Assembly (NCBI GenBank): GCA_045863235.1
Contig: BTUM01000050.1
Location: 1 to 59,172, forward strand
Direction of reading: 5' to 3'
Length of the DNA stretch: 59,172 bases
DNA from: Candidatus Xenobia bacterium
GTDB lineage: Bacteria; Vulcanimicrobiota; Xenobia; Xenobiales; QWHO01
Shown: positions 48,525 to 57,894 of the stretch, piece after piece
How positions within the stretch are numbered: the first letter of the stretch is position 1
Layout of the letters: every line of letters starts with the position of its first letter
The notes under the pieces: generated by a model
Database searches by the model: none
What the model saw: only the letters and a program-made list of their open reading frames with translations
Told to the model about the DNA's origin: nothing
Translations under genes and position numbers: made by a program

Positions 48525-48552
48525 ACTCCTCCGGGCGTTCGTCGATTTGGAT

Positions 48553-49509
48553 TCATCCCCTTTTGGGAACGCAGATGTAGGCTTCGACCCGATTGGTGGG
48601 ACCCTTGCGGCTGCTCAGGTCCAGAAATCCGGCCTGGGCCCACTCGCGAGCGAACTGGTCGGCCTCCTCGGGATTCATCTGGACGTGCGAGAGGAAGAAT
48701 TTGTCTCGTACGATCCTCCAGGGCACCGGTCGAGTGCCCTGATCCTGCTCGGCCAGCCCGATGCACTCGCAAAGGATCTGGTAGGGCTCTTGCTCGCCCC
48801 GGCGACGCGGCTCGGCCGGCAATCGGCGATAAGGGGTGGGCAGCACCTCGGCCCCGGACACATCTTCCAAAGTGCACACGATGTAGTCATCAGCCGCCGT
48901 CTGCAGCCGATAGCTGAGGCTGGGCTTGAGGGAGACCACGGTGACCTTACGGCGCAGGCGCTTGAGTCGCTCTACGATCTCGCAAAAATCCGAGTCGCCC
49001 GAGGCGATGAAGAAGTGCTCCCAGTCGGGATGATCGCGGGCAGCCTCGAGCACGTCGAGGCTGAGGATGAAGTCGACCATGTTCTTAATGGCCCTCTGGC
49101 TGACCAGGTCCTCCTTGGTGGGCACGGCCACCGTGCGCCAGCCGTGCATGGCCCATTCATCCTGGGCGTGACGCGCTTTGGCCGAAATGGCGTCCCAGCC
49201 GGCATACACGGCGGTATGGGCAAATCCGTCGCCGCAGGCGTCCCGCGAGAGGCGATTGAGCACGCGGGCCAGTTTTGAGACGCTGACAGGGCGGCCGTGG
49301 GTGTACGAGGAGTAGAAGAAATTCTCGAAATCCACGAAGCAAACGGTGAGCTTGCTCTTTTGAATGGTAGGTGGCGGCTCGGCCTGGAAGATGGCCGGCA
49401 GCTCAAGCGGCGGAACCTGCAGCGGCTCCTCGATGGCTGCTGGCGGCTCGGGGCGGGAGTTTCCCCGGTGCTTTTGTTGCTGCTTTTTGTTTTTCTGGTG
49501 TTTTTTCAT
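48553..49509 (-). CDS. NYN (LabA/DUF88) domain protein
   Basis: FVDFEN, KNMVD, IASGDSDF, ADDY. Confidence 0.85.
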   Translation of the reverse strand: MKKHQKNKKQQQKHRGNSRPEPPAAIEEPLQVPPLELPAIFQAEPPPTIQKSKLTVCFVDFENFFYSSYTHGRPVSVSKLARVLNRLSRDACGDGFAHTAVYAGWDAISAKARHAQDEWAMHGWRTVAVPTKEDLVSQRAIKNMVDFILSLDVLEAARDHPDWEHFFIASGDSDFCEIVERLKRLRRKVTVVSLKPSLSYRLQTAADDYIVCTLEDVSGAEVLPTPYRRLPAEPRRRGEQEPYQILCECIGLAEQDQGTRPVPWRIVRDKFFLSHVQMNPEEADQFAREWAQAGFLDLSSRKGPTNRVEAYICVPKRG

Positions 49510-49597
49510 CTGTCTGATGGAAAACTTCGAACCCACCCCTTGATGTCCTTGCGAACGCCTCCAAGGAGAACTGTGCGGCGCCGGCAAAGGGGTCGGC

Positions 49598-50470
49598 GTG
49601 CCAGGTGTTCCGGTTCATGCTCTCAATGTCGGCTTCAGCGTCAAGAAGCTGGCCATCTTGCAGCGGGTCAGCCTTTCCATCAAGGGCGGGGAGTTCGTGG
49701 GGGTGCTCGGACCAAGCGGCTGTGGCAAGTCCACGCTGCTCAAAGCACTGAGCGGGCAACTCCGGCCAACCGACGGACAGGTGCTGATCGGACGGGCCGA
49801 CCTCTACTCGGGCGAAAAGGTGCCCGTCGACCTGATGGGCTTCGTGCCCCAGGACGATGTGGTCCATCCCAGCCTGAAGGTGCGCCGCGAGCTCTACTTC
49901 AGCGCCCGCCTGCGCATGCCCAAAGCCAAACCGGCAGAATTGGCCAACCGGGTGAAGGAAGTGCTCGAGCTGATGGACCTGACCGCGCGCCACAACGTGC
50001 GCATCGATCGACTTTCGGGTGGACAGAGAAAGCGTGTCAGCATCGGTATCGAGCTCTTGACCCGTCCCCCCTTGCTCTTTCTGGACGAGCCAACCTCCGG
50101 GCTGGATCCGGCCCTGGAAGAGCACTTCATGAAGCTTTTCCGCGACCTGGCCCGGGGTGGGCGCACGGTGCTGGTGACCACCCACGTGATGTCCAGCCTG
50201 GAGTTGCTCGACCTGGTGGTGATCATGTGCGCCGGCCAGGTGGCCTTCTTCGGTCCACCCAAGGACGCGCCCGGCTTTTTCGGGGTGGAGGAGCTGTCCG
50301 ACATCTATCCCAAGCTCACCGCCTCGGCGGCCGAAAGCCTGGCCGGGAAGTTCCGCAACACTCCCTGGTTTGCCAGGCTGGTCAGCGAGCGTCTGCCAGG
50401 GGCCCGCCAGGGCTCGTCGAATCAGTCTGGCGATGGGCCCTCGCTCCGACCAGACCGGCATCCTGGCTGA
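49598..50470 (+). CDS. ABC transporter ATP-binding domain (ABCG-like)
   Basis: GPSGCGKST, VPQDD, LSGGQRKR, LDEPTSGLDP. Confidence 0.92.
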   Translation: MPGVPVHALNVGFSVKKLAILQRVSLSIKGGEFVGVLGPSGCGKSTLLKALSGQLRPTDGQVLIGRADLYSGEKVPVDLMGFVPQDDVVHPSLKVRRELYFSARLRMPKAKPAELANRVKEVLELMDLTARHNVRIDRLSGGQRKRVSIGIELLTRPPLLFLDEPTSGLDPALEEHFMKLFRDLARGGRTVLVTTHVMSSLELLDLVVIMCAGQVAFFGPPKDAPGFFGVEELSDIYPKLTASAAESLAGKFRNTPWFARLVSERLPGARQGSSNQSGDGPSLRPDRHPG

Positions 50471-51152
50471 ACGCTACCTCGAGATCGTCTGGGGTGACCT
50501 GGGCAACACCTTCCTGCTGTTGATCCAGGCGCCAGTTATCGCGCTGTGTATCGTTCTGGTCTGGGGAGACACCCAGACGGTGACGGACAGCCTCTGGTTC
50601 GTGCTGGCCCTGTCCGCGGTCTGGTTCGGAGCCATCAATTCCTGCCGCGAGATCGTCAAGGAGCGGGACATGTACCGGCGCGAGCGCCGGGTGGGGCTCG
50701 ATCCCACCGCCTACGTGCTCTCCAAAATCATGATCCTGGCGATGCTGGGTTTCATCCAGTGCCTCTGCTTGATCTACCTGGTCAACCTCAAGCTCAAGCT
50801 GCCCGGCGGGGAATTGTTGCACTTCGTGGTGCTCTTCATGGCCTCGCTGGCTGGCTCGTCCCTGGGACTGGCCCTGTCGGCCTTCGTCTCCACCTCCGAC
50901 CGCGCCGTGGCAGGCGTTCCTCTGCTCTTGCTGCCCCAGGTGCTCTTCAGCGAAGCGGTGATGTCGCACGAGCACTCGCGCTGGACGGTCAAGCTGCTGG
51001 AAGACCTGACCATGACCAGTTGGGCTTACGACGGCTTGAAGAACCTGGCTGCCACCGAGCCCAGCATGGGCACCTTCTTCCAGGGCTGCCTGGCCCTGGG
51101 GGTGATGTCGGCGTTGCTGCTCGGACTGACGATCTTTCTGATGCGGCGCTGA
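50433..51152 (+). CDS. ABC-2 permease domain, probably fused to the upstream ATPase (one-base indel at ~50450)
   Basis: QTGILAERY, NSCREIVKERDMYRRER, AYVLSK, PQVLFS. Confidence 0.85.
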   Translation: MGPRSDQTGILAERYLEIVWGDLGNTFLLLIQAPVIALCIVLVWGDTQTVTDSLWFVLALSAVWFGAINSCREIVKERDMYRRERRVGLDPTAYVLSKIMILAMLGFIQCLCLIYLVNLKLKLPGGELLHFVVLFMASLAGSSLGLALSAFVSTSDRAVAGVPLLLLPQVLFSEAVMSHEHSRWTVKLLEDLTMTSWAYDGLKNLAATEPSMGTFFQGCLALGVMSALLLGLTIFLMRR

Positions 51153-51198
51153 ACGCTGGCCAGAAGGCTAACCGGAGCCCGAATCGAAACCATCCGTT

Positions 51199-51732
51199 GT
51201 GAAGAAGGTTCTCTTTGTTTTCTTCCTGCTCGTCGCCGGGGCCATCGCGCTGCTTGCTTTCGGTGGGGACGGTGTGGGCTTCAAGTGGCCCAGTCTCAAG
51301 AGCATCCTGCAATGGGGCAGCAAGCCCGCTCCCAAGCCAGGGGAGGTCTCCGGCTTCGGCGAGGCCGATCCCAACACCAATGAGGATGCACGATTCATTC
51401 GCGATCGCACGGCCGACTTTTTGGAGGACATCCGCTTCAAAGACTTCGAGAAGGCTGCCAGCTACAGCTCCAGCGTCGACCGCAGCAAGGTCAACATGCC
51501 CCGACTGATCACCCAGTTGTTCAAGTTCCCTCCGGAGAGCCTCGATATTTTGAGCTCCGAGGTGGTTTCGGTCGAGCTTGACCGCTCTGGCACTCGGGGG
51601 CGCGTCAAGACGCACAGCCGGGTCAAGATTCTCAACTTCGACCGGTTCGAGGAGCCCGAGTTGATCTTCTACTGGCACAAGGATCCCAAAGAGTATTGGG
51701 TGATGAAGCTGGAGTCGTCCATCAACCACTGA
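51199..51732 (+). CDS. Hypothetical membrane-anchored protein
   Basis: N-terminal TM; NTF2-like alpha/beta pattern is an impression only. Confidence 0.7.
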   Translation: MKKVLFVFFLLVAGAIALLAFGGDGVGFKWPSLKSILQWGSKPAPKPGEVSGFGEADPNTNEDARFIRDRTADFLEDIRFKDFEKAASYSSSVDRSKVNMPRLITQLFKFPPESLDILSSEVVSVELDRSGTRGRVKTHSRVKILNFDRFEEPELIFYWHKDPKEYWVMKLESSINH

Positions 51733-51743
51733 CAGGAGCTTCC

Positions 51744-52898
51744 ATGGAGTATGAGCCCCTGGCCGAGGGGGATCGATCTCGCCTGGCCGAGATTCTCAAC
51801 GCCAGCTTCCACGTTCCAGGGATGAGAGCCGAGCAGTGGATCGAGCGTCAGGGCATCGAGGTCTGCCGGGTCATCCGCCGCGGGCACGAACTGCTCGGAG
51901 GGTTGATGATCCTCGATATGGCGCAGTTCTACGGGGGGCGGAGCCTGCCGATGGGAGGCATTTCGGCCGTGGGCGTCGCGCCCGAGGCGCGCGGAGGCGG
52001 AGCGGCCAGCCGCCTGATGGCAGGGGCGATCCAGGAGCTTCACCAGCGCCAGGTCCCTCTCTCGGCCCTGTATCCCGCCACCCAGACGCTCTACCGCAAA
52101 TCAGGCTTCGAGCAGGCTGGCGCGCGGGCCGAATTTCGTCTGAACCTGCGGATGGGTCCCGTGCAAGAGCGCGCTCTGCCTCTGGTCAAGCTGCCCCGCG
52201 AGCCGAAGCTACTCGAGAAGGTTTATCGTTCCTGGGCTCGCCCGCAGCAAGGCGCCCTCGACCGCACCGAGCCCAACTGGCGACGAGTGCTCAGTCCGCG
52301 GGACGAGCCGACCGAGGTCTACGGAGTGGGCGATCCGCTGGAAGGCTATGTGGTGGTGCACCGCCAGGCCGGCAGCCAGCCCGGCTGGCAGAATCTCGCC
52401 CTGACGGACTTTGTGGCTCTCACCCCGCGAGCCGCGCGCCGGATTTATTCCTTTCTGGCAGACCACCGCAGCCTGGCCGAGCAGGCCGTCTGGTTCGGAG
52501 CCCCCCACCAGCCGCTCCTGACCGTGCTGGCCGAGCAATACGTCGAGACGCGCATCAACATCATCTGGATGTTGCGCCTGGTGGACGTGCCTGCCGCTCT
52601 GCGGGGGCGAGGCTACAGTCCGCATCTCAAGTGCGCCTTCAAGCTGGCCGTGGACGACCCGCTGCTGGCCTCCAATCGAGGCTCGTGGTGGGTGCGCATC
52701 GAGGCCGGGCGAGCCGAGGTCGAGAAGGCGCGCTCGGGCGGGCTGAAGGTCTCCGAGCGAGCCCTGGCCTGTCTCTACGGGGGCTTTCTGAGCCCCTGGC
52801 AGGCGCGTCTGGCCGGCCTGATCGATTGGCCGGACAGGGATCTCAGCGCTCTGGAGGGTGTCTTTGGGAGCCCGGCCGGGATGGGGGACATGTTCTGA
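51744..52898 (+). CDS. Eis-like GNAT acetyltransferase with SCP2-like C-terminus
   Basis: GISAVGVAPEARGGG, SALYP...LYRKSGFE, WMLRLVDV, C-terminal DMF. Confidence 0.88.
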   Translation: MEYEPLAEGDRSRLAEILNASFHVPGMRAEQWIERQGIEVCRVIRRGHELLGGLMILDMAQFYGGRSLPMGGISAVGVAPEARGGGAASRLMAGAIQELHQRQVPLSALYPATQTLYRKSGFEQAGARAEFRLNLRMGPVQERALPLVKLPREPKLLEKVYRSWARPQQGALDRTEPNWRRVLSPRDEPTEVYGVGDPLEGYVVVHRQAGSQPGWQNLALTDFVALTPRAARRIYSFLADHRSLAEQAVWFGAPHQPLLTVLAEQYVETRINIIWMLRLVDVPAALRGRGYSPHLKCAFKLAVDDPLLASNRGSWWVRIEAGRAEVEKARSGGLKVSERALACLYGGFLSPWQARLAGLIDWPDRDLSALEGVFGSPAGMGDMF

Positions 52899-53197
52899 CC
52901 TCCCTGGAGCGAGGGCTGCAGGAGCTGCGAAGGGGGCGATTCTGGCATGCTCACGAGGCCTGGGAGGAAGATTGGCAGGCCACCCGTGATCCGGTGGTCC
53001 GAGCTCTGATCCAACTGGCGGCAGCACTCTTCCACCTGCGACGCGGAAACCGCTCTGGGGCCGAGAGGCTCTATGAGCGAGCCGTGGGCCGGCTGACCAG
53101 AGCCGAACCCTGGCACCGGGGCCTGCCGACCCGCCCCCAGCCTCTCTCTTCTTACCTGGACTTGAGCTTACGGTCCTCAGCCCGATTGCTCAGCTGA
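52895..53197 (+). CDS. DUF309 domain protein; only a CTG start is available
   Basis: GRFWHAHEAWEEDW...ALIQLAAALFH..GN..GA. Confidence 0.75.
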   Translation: MTSLERGLQELRRGRFWHAHEAWEEDWQATRDPVVRALIQLAAALFHLRRGNRSGAERLYERAVGRLTRAEPWHRGLPTRPQPLSSYLDLSLRSSARLLS

Positions 53198-53504
53198 ACC
53201 AGCGAGACAAAAAGCCCTTCTCCCGCGAGTTGAGCTTCTCGAGCTCCCCGTGGTCGAGCCACAAGCCCTGGCACTCAGGGCACTTGTCGATCATGATGCT
53301 CTCGTGCGCTTCCTCAACGAGCTCGGCGCCACACTTCGGGCAGCGCATGAAATGCAGCTCTTTCTGCTCGGCTCGCTCGCGTTCTTTCCGGGCGGCCTCC
53401 GCGCGCTCGCGGGCGGCCGCCTCTTCCTTCCTGAAGAACTCGTCCTCTTTGTTGGGGGCCTTGGCAGCCACTTCGTGCTGCCCCAGGGGTCGCTTCTCGT
53501 CCAT
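53190..53504 (-). CDS. zf-TFIIB-like zinc-ribbon protein
   Basis: EDEFF...MRCPKCG...IDKCPECQGLWLDHGELE. Confidence 0.88.
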   Translation of the reverse strand: MDEKRPLGQHEVAAKAPNKEDEFFRKEEAAARERAEAARKERERAEQKELHFMRCPKCGAELVEEAHESIMIDKCPECQGLWLDHGELEKLNSREKGFLSRWFS

Positions 53505-53622
53505 GGTCAGTCCTCGTGTTAAAAAAGTTCGGCTGGTGTTTACGACTCGGATATCCAGTTAACCTGTCGGAAACAATCGACTGCTGGGACACGCTTCACA
53601 ATGAGCCTACACTGGGCATGCG

Positions 53623-54177
53623 ATGGCTACCCAGACTCAGAAAGCCCTGGCCGACATGCTCGACCCGAACGTGCTGATGCGGGGCTTTCAGGCTCTCCTG
53701 AAGACGGTGGAGTGGGCCGCCGACGTGGCCCGCCAGAACGGAGTCGTCACCGACAGCTACCAGCGCGAGCGTCAGGGGGGTCAGCAACAGAACGGGAACT
53801 CCCTGTGGGAAGCCAGCGATGAGTTCCTCGACTATGAGGAAGAGCTGCTCGAGGATGGTCGTCTCATCCGGCGATATGACGACGGGGCCGTGCGCATCGA
53901 GAATCCGGCCAGCGGAGTCATGCAGCAGGAAGGCCCGGATGGCAGCCTGATGGTCTCCTTGCCAGGAGACAAGCTGATCTATCAGCAGTATCGCGGCGAG
54001 CCGTTGCTGGTGTACGACTCCACCGGTTCCAGCCAGCCCCAGGTGGCCCAGGTGAGCTCGGTGACCCTGCCCGGCCACGAAGAACCGGCCATCATGTTCC
54101 ACTTCTCCGACCGCAACGGCACCCACCTCATCGAGTTGGAGACTCTGCGCTACTACCGCTTGAACGCCCGCGCCTGA
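53623..54177 (+). CDS. Hypothetical beta-hairpin repeat protein, paralog of 57336..57893
   Basis: LEDGRLIRRYDDGAVRIENPASG...HLIELETLRYYR. Confidence 0.8.
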   Translation: MATQTQKALADMLDPNVLMRGFQALLKTVEWAADVARQNGVVTDSYQRERQGGQQQNGNSLWEASDEFLDYEEELLEDGRLIRRYDDGAVRIENPASGVMQQEGPDGSLMVSLPGDKLIYQQYRGEPLLVYDSTGSSQPQVAQVSSVTLPGHEEPAIMFHFSDRNGTHLIELETLRYYRLNARA

Positions 54178-54880
54178 GCACCAGCACCAGCCCCACCAGG
54201 GCAAGCGCCAGGGCGGTTCCTCGCGAGGTTTGGGCCAGCCATTCGGGGTTCCATTCGCGAAAGAAATCTCCCACGAAACGGCTCAGTCCGTAGAGAAGAA
54301 GTGACCAACCGGCGGCCGAGCCGAAGCGCCGGCCCAGCCAGGCCGCCAGAGGTGCGGCTGCCAGCAGCATGAGGGCCTGGTAGAGCATCACCGGGTGACG
54401 CGGCGGGTCGCTCCCGACCACGAAGGCCCAGGGCACCGTGGTCACCGTGCCCCACTCCTGGGCCCAGTGAAGCAAGCAGCCCAGACGGCCGATGCCCCAC
54501 CCCAGCAGGGCCGTGGGAGCCATGGCCTCGGTCAACTCGGCCACCGGCAACCTGTTCCAGCGCAGGAAGAGAAGCCAGGCCAGCACGGCGCCAATCAGCC
54601 CCCCGTAGGACACCAGCCCGCCGGACCAGACTTTGAAAATCTCGCCCGGGTGCGTTAAAATGGCCGGATTGAGGACCACCCAGGCCAGCCTGGCCCCCAA
54701 CACGCCGCCGATGACCATATAGGGAAGCGATGCTTCCACCGCCTCGCGGTACTCGGGCCGAACTCGGGAGCGAGTCCAGAAGAACGCGGCCAGAGCGCCG
54801 ACCAGGAAGAAGAACCCGTGGCTGTTGATCTGCAGGGGTCCCCAGAGGTGGATCGGAGGCGGGGGCGTGAAGTGGATCAT
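54128..54880 (-). CDS. lgt: Prolipoprotein diacylglyceryl transferase
   Basis: GPLQINSHG, GVLGARL, VWSGGLVSYGG, GIGRLGC, RHPVMLY. Confidence 0.85.
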   Translation of the reverse strand: MIHFTPPPPIHLWGPLQINSHGFFFLVGALAAFFWTRSRVRPEYREAVEASLPYMVIGGVLGARLAWVVLNPAILTHPGEIFKVWSGGLVSYGGLIGAVLAWLLFLRWNRLPVAELTEAMAPTALLGWGIGRLGCLLHWAQEWGTVTTVPWAFVVGSDPPRHPVMLYQALMLLAAAPLAAWLGRRFGSAAGWSLLLYGLSRFVGDFFREWNPEWLAQTSRGTALALALVGLVLVLRRGRSSGSSAESPTR

Positions 54881-55048
54881 AGGCTCGGTGAGCCGATGTT
54901 ATGCGTGTTCGGAAGGAACCCTTCCCCGCCGCGTCACAATCCCTAACCTCATCGGGAGCAACCCTGGCCGAGCATCCATGACTGGTTCAGATCCGAAGGG
55001 TTCTGGCCAACCATGGGAGTCGTCCGTTCAACTCAGTGGAGGAATGTG

Positions 55049-56038
55049 ATGCCAAGCGCCTGTATCCTGGGAACGGGACGATATCTGCCCGAGCGCGTGG
55101 TCACCAACGAGGAGTTGGCCAGCCGATTCACCACCTCGGACGAGTGGATCCAGCAGCGCTCTGGCATCAAAGAGCGCCGCTACGCCGCCAGCGGAGAGAC
55201 GCCGGCCAGCATGGGGGCGCAAGCCTCGCGACAGGCTCTGGAGGCGGCCGGGATCAAGGCCGAGGAGCTCGACTTTCTGATCTGCGCCACCCAGACTCCG
55301 GAATATCTCTTCCCCGGCACCGGCTGCGTGATTCAAGAGCAGATCGGAGCGCTGGGCATCGGGGCGCTGGACGTGCGCAACCAGTGCACCGGCTTTCTCT
55401 ACGGGCTCTCCATCGCCGATGCTTACATCCGCCAGGGGCTCTACAAGCGCATCTTGCTCGTCTGCACCGAGATGCACTCGCGGGGGCTGGAGTATTCCGA
55501 TGAGGGACGGCATGTGACGGTGCTCTTCGGCGATGGTGCCGGAGCCGTCATCCTGGGCCCGGGTGAGGGGAACGGCGTGATGTCGGTGCACCTGCACGCC
55601 GATGGTCGCTACGCCCGCGACCTGATGGTCGAGGGCCCGGGATTCACTTTCGAGCCCTGGTGCGATCCCCGGCTGTTCGAGGAAGGGCGCCACTTCCCCA
55701 AGATGAACGGCAAGGCGGTCTTCAAGGAAGCCGTCTCGTGCATGCGGTCGGTGGTGGAAGAGACGCTGGCTCACAACGGACTCAAGCCCGAGAACGTGGA
55801 CCGGTTCATCCCCCACCAGGCCAATCGGCGCATCAATGAAGCCGTGGCTCAGCACTTTGGCATTCCCGAGGAGAGGTGCAATCACTCCATCGAGCGCTAC
55901 GGCAATTGCGCCGCAGCCTCGGTCCCCATCGCCCTGGACGAGGACGTGCGCGAAGGCCGGGTCAAGCCCGGGGACACGGTGATGTTCGCGACCTTCGCAG
56001 CCGGCTTTACCTGGGGAGGGGCTGCGCTTCGCTGGTAA
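55049..56038 (+). CDS. fabH: Beta-ketoacyl-ACP synthase III
   Basis: TSDEWIQQRSGIKERR, catalytic C (NQCTGF), H (PHQAN), N (YGNC). Confidence 0.93.
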   Translation: MPSACILGTGRYLPERVVTNEELASRFTTSDEWIQQRSGIKERRYAASGETPASMGAQASRQALEAAGIKAEELDFLICATQTPEYLFPGTGCVIQEQIGALGIGALDVRNQCTGFLYGLSIADAYIRQGLYKRILLVCTEMHSRGLEYSDEGRHVTVLFGDGAGAVILGPGEGNGVMSVHLHADGRYARDLMVEGPGFTFEPWCDPRLFEEGRHFPKMNGKAVFKEAVSCMRSVVEETLAHNGLKPENVDRFIPHQANRRINEAVAQHFGIPEERCNHSIERYGNCAAASVPIALDEDVREGRVKPGDTVMFATFAAGFTWGGAALRW

Positions 56039-57116
56039 GTCGGCTCTCGTCCAGCTTCTGAACCCCCAGGCCGGGCAGGTCGGGCAACACCCGCTCGGAG
56101 CCCTCCAGGGTCACCCCTCCCTCAGCCACGGCGTCGTCGGCCAGCAAGAGGTCGGCATCCAGGTCGGCATACTCGAAGCGGTAAGCTGCTGCCAGCGCGG
56201 TGGCGGCCGAGACTGCCAGGCGCGACTCGCCCACCATGCCTCCCACCATCAGGGCCACCCCGTGAGCTCGGGCCTGGGCCACGATGGATCGGGCCGGATA
56301 CAGCCCACCGCTCTTCATGAGCTTGATGTTGATGATGTCCACCGCTCCGGCCGAGATAGCCCGAGCCGCGTCGCGGGGCGAATGGACCCCCTCGTCGGCG
56401 GCAAGGGGGGGCGTCACTCGCTCTCGCAGACGAGCCATACCCTCGTAGTCCCAGCGGGCGATCGGCTGCTCGATCAGCTCGACCCCGAACGGCTCGATCC
56501 GGGTCAGGGCCCGCAAAGCCTGAGAGTAAGTCCAGCCTTCGTTGGCGTCGATGCGCAGGGGCACATCGGGACCGATGGCGCTGCGGACGGCTTTGACCCG
56601 CGCGTAATCTTCCTCGGGATCATTGCCGACCTTGAGCTTGACCGCCCGGTAGCCGGACTCGATGATCCGTCGGGCTTCCTTGGCCGCCTCTTCGGCCGTG
56701 CACAGGCCGATGCTGTAGTTGGTCAGCACGCGCCGCGAGCTGCCGCCCAGAAAGTGGACCAGAGAAACCCCCGCCTGACGTGCGATCAGGTCGTGGCAGG
56801 CCAGGTCGATGGCGCAACGAGCGCTGGGATTGGCCACACAGGCGGCGGCCATACGGCGATGGACCTCCTCGAGCTGCCAGGGGCTCAGCCCGCGCACCGA
56901 AGGGAACAGGTCGTGCATGAGCAAAGCCACCACGCCATCCATGGTCTCCCCGGTCAGGTAGGGGTCGGGAGAAGCCTCGCCCCAACCCACCGCGCCGGTG
57001 TCAGTCGTCAGCTTGACCAGAATGCCTTCACACTGGTCGGACACCCCGGTAGCGATCCGAAACGGCTTCTTGCAGCGCAACCGGGTGCGAAAAATTTCCA
57101 TCTTGTCAATCAACAC
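56007..57116 (-). CDS. L-Ala-D/L-Glu dipeptide epimerase (enolase superfamily)
   Basis: KLKVG, IDANEGW, IEQP, ADE, NIKLMKSGG, DLD. Confidence 0.88.
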   Translation of the reverse strand: MLIDKMEIFRTRLRCKKPFRIATGVSDQCEGILVKLTTDTGAVGWGEASPDPYLTGETMDGVVALLMHDLFPSVRGLSPWQLEEVHRRMAAACVANPSARCAIDLACHDLIARQAGVSLVHFLGGSSRRVLTNYSIGLCTAEEAAKEARRIIESGYRAVKLKVGNDPEEDYARVKAVRSAIGPDVPLRIDANEGWTYSQALRALTRIEPFGVELIEQPIARWDYEGMARLRERVTPPLAADEGVHSPRDAARAISAGAVDIINIKLMKSGGLYPARSIVAQARAHGVALMVGGMVGESRLAVSAATALAAAYRFEYADLDADLLLADDAVAEGGVTLEGSERVLPDLPGLGVQKLDESRLTSEAQPLPR

Positions 57117-57335
57117 GGGGCCGGGTTCTGAGCCGACCTGCTCCGGTCCTCCCCCACTCGGACGCAGGATGAGACAGGCTTTTCAGGAATTTCTTCCATG
57201 GTAAAAGCGCGCGGGGTGATTTTGTCTTTGTTCAGATTTCCTAACACATGACCCCTAGATGGACGGACCCGAGCGCGTGAAAGAGGGAGAGAACCAGGAG
57301 TGCCTTCAGGCGGGCACTTCTGGGAAGGTGTAGCA

Positions 57336-57893
57336 TTGGCTGGCGGCGGCTACGACAAGAACAAGCTCGTTCAAGACTTCGTCACCCTGCTCACCGCAAT
57401 GGAGCAGGCCGTGGTGCAAAACCCGGCCTTCTCAGGAGCGGGCCCGTCCAACGACGGGGGCTGGGGTGGCGGAGCGCCTTCCGGGCGGTTGGGGCCTGGC
57501 GAGTATACCGAGAAGCGAGAAGACTCGCTCTCAGACAGCTTCACCAAGTACGAGGAGTTGATTTTGGAGGACGGGCGAGTCCTCCGCCGCTACGAGAACG
57601 GCTCGGTCAGGCTGGAGAATCCGACCAGCGGGGTGATTCAGGAAGAGCGCATCGACGGCAAGCTCCTGGTTTCCCTGCCCAACGGGAAGGTGATCTTCCA
57701 GCAGTTCAGCGGAGAGCCGCTGCTCGTCTACGACACGGTGGGAAGCGCCGCACCGGGCCTGGCCCGGGTCAGCTCGGCCAGCCTGCCGGGCGAAGAGCAA
57801 CCAAAGTTCGTGTATCATTTTCAGGATGGTGAAGGAGCTCACTTGATCGAACTCGAGTCCCTGCGTTACTACCGCGTGGGTCAGGGGCGCTAG
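57336..57893 (+). CDS. Hypothetical beta-hairpin repeat protein, paralog of 53623..54177
   Basis: LEDGRVLRRYENGSVRLENPTSG...HLIELESLRYYR; TTG 57336 after AAGGTG (track start 57300). Confidence 0.8.
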   Translation: MAGGGYDKNKLVQDFVTLLTAMEQAVVQNPAFSGAGPSNDGGWGGGAPSGRLGPGEYTEKREDSLSDSFTKYEELILEDGRVLRRYENGSVRLENPTSGVIQEERIDGKLLVSLPNGKVIFQQFSGEPLLVYDTVGSAAPGLARVSSASLPGEEQPKFVYHFQDGEGAHLIELESLRYYRVGQGR

Positions 57894-57894
57894 G

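Noticed and set aside
54128..54177. 50-bp convergent overlap of lgt with its neighbour as antisense regulation
   Set aside because: Short 3' overlaps recur in this compact window (e.g. gnd/engB, fabH/epimerase) with nothing else to support a role.
930..57131. Long alternate-frame and antisense ORFs (e.g. 930..2201+, 7809..9605+, 23360..25201+, 27415..28926-, 35581..37197-, 56262..57131+)
   Set aside because: Expected in high-GC DNA; each shadows a gene with clear motifs or better coding composition.
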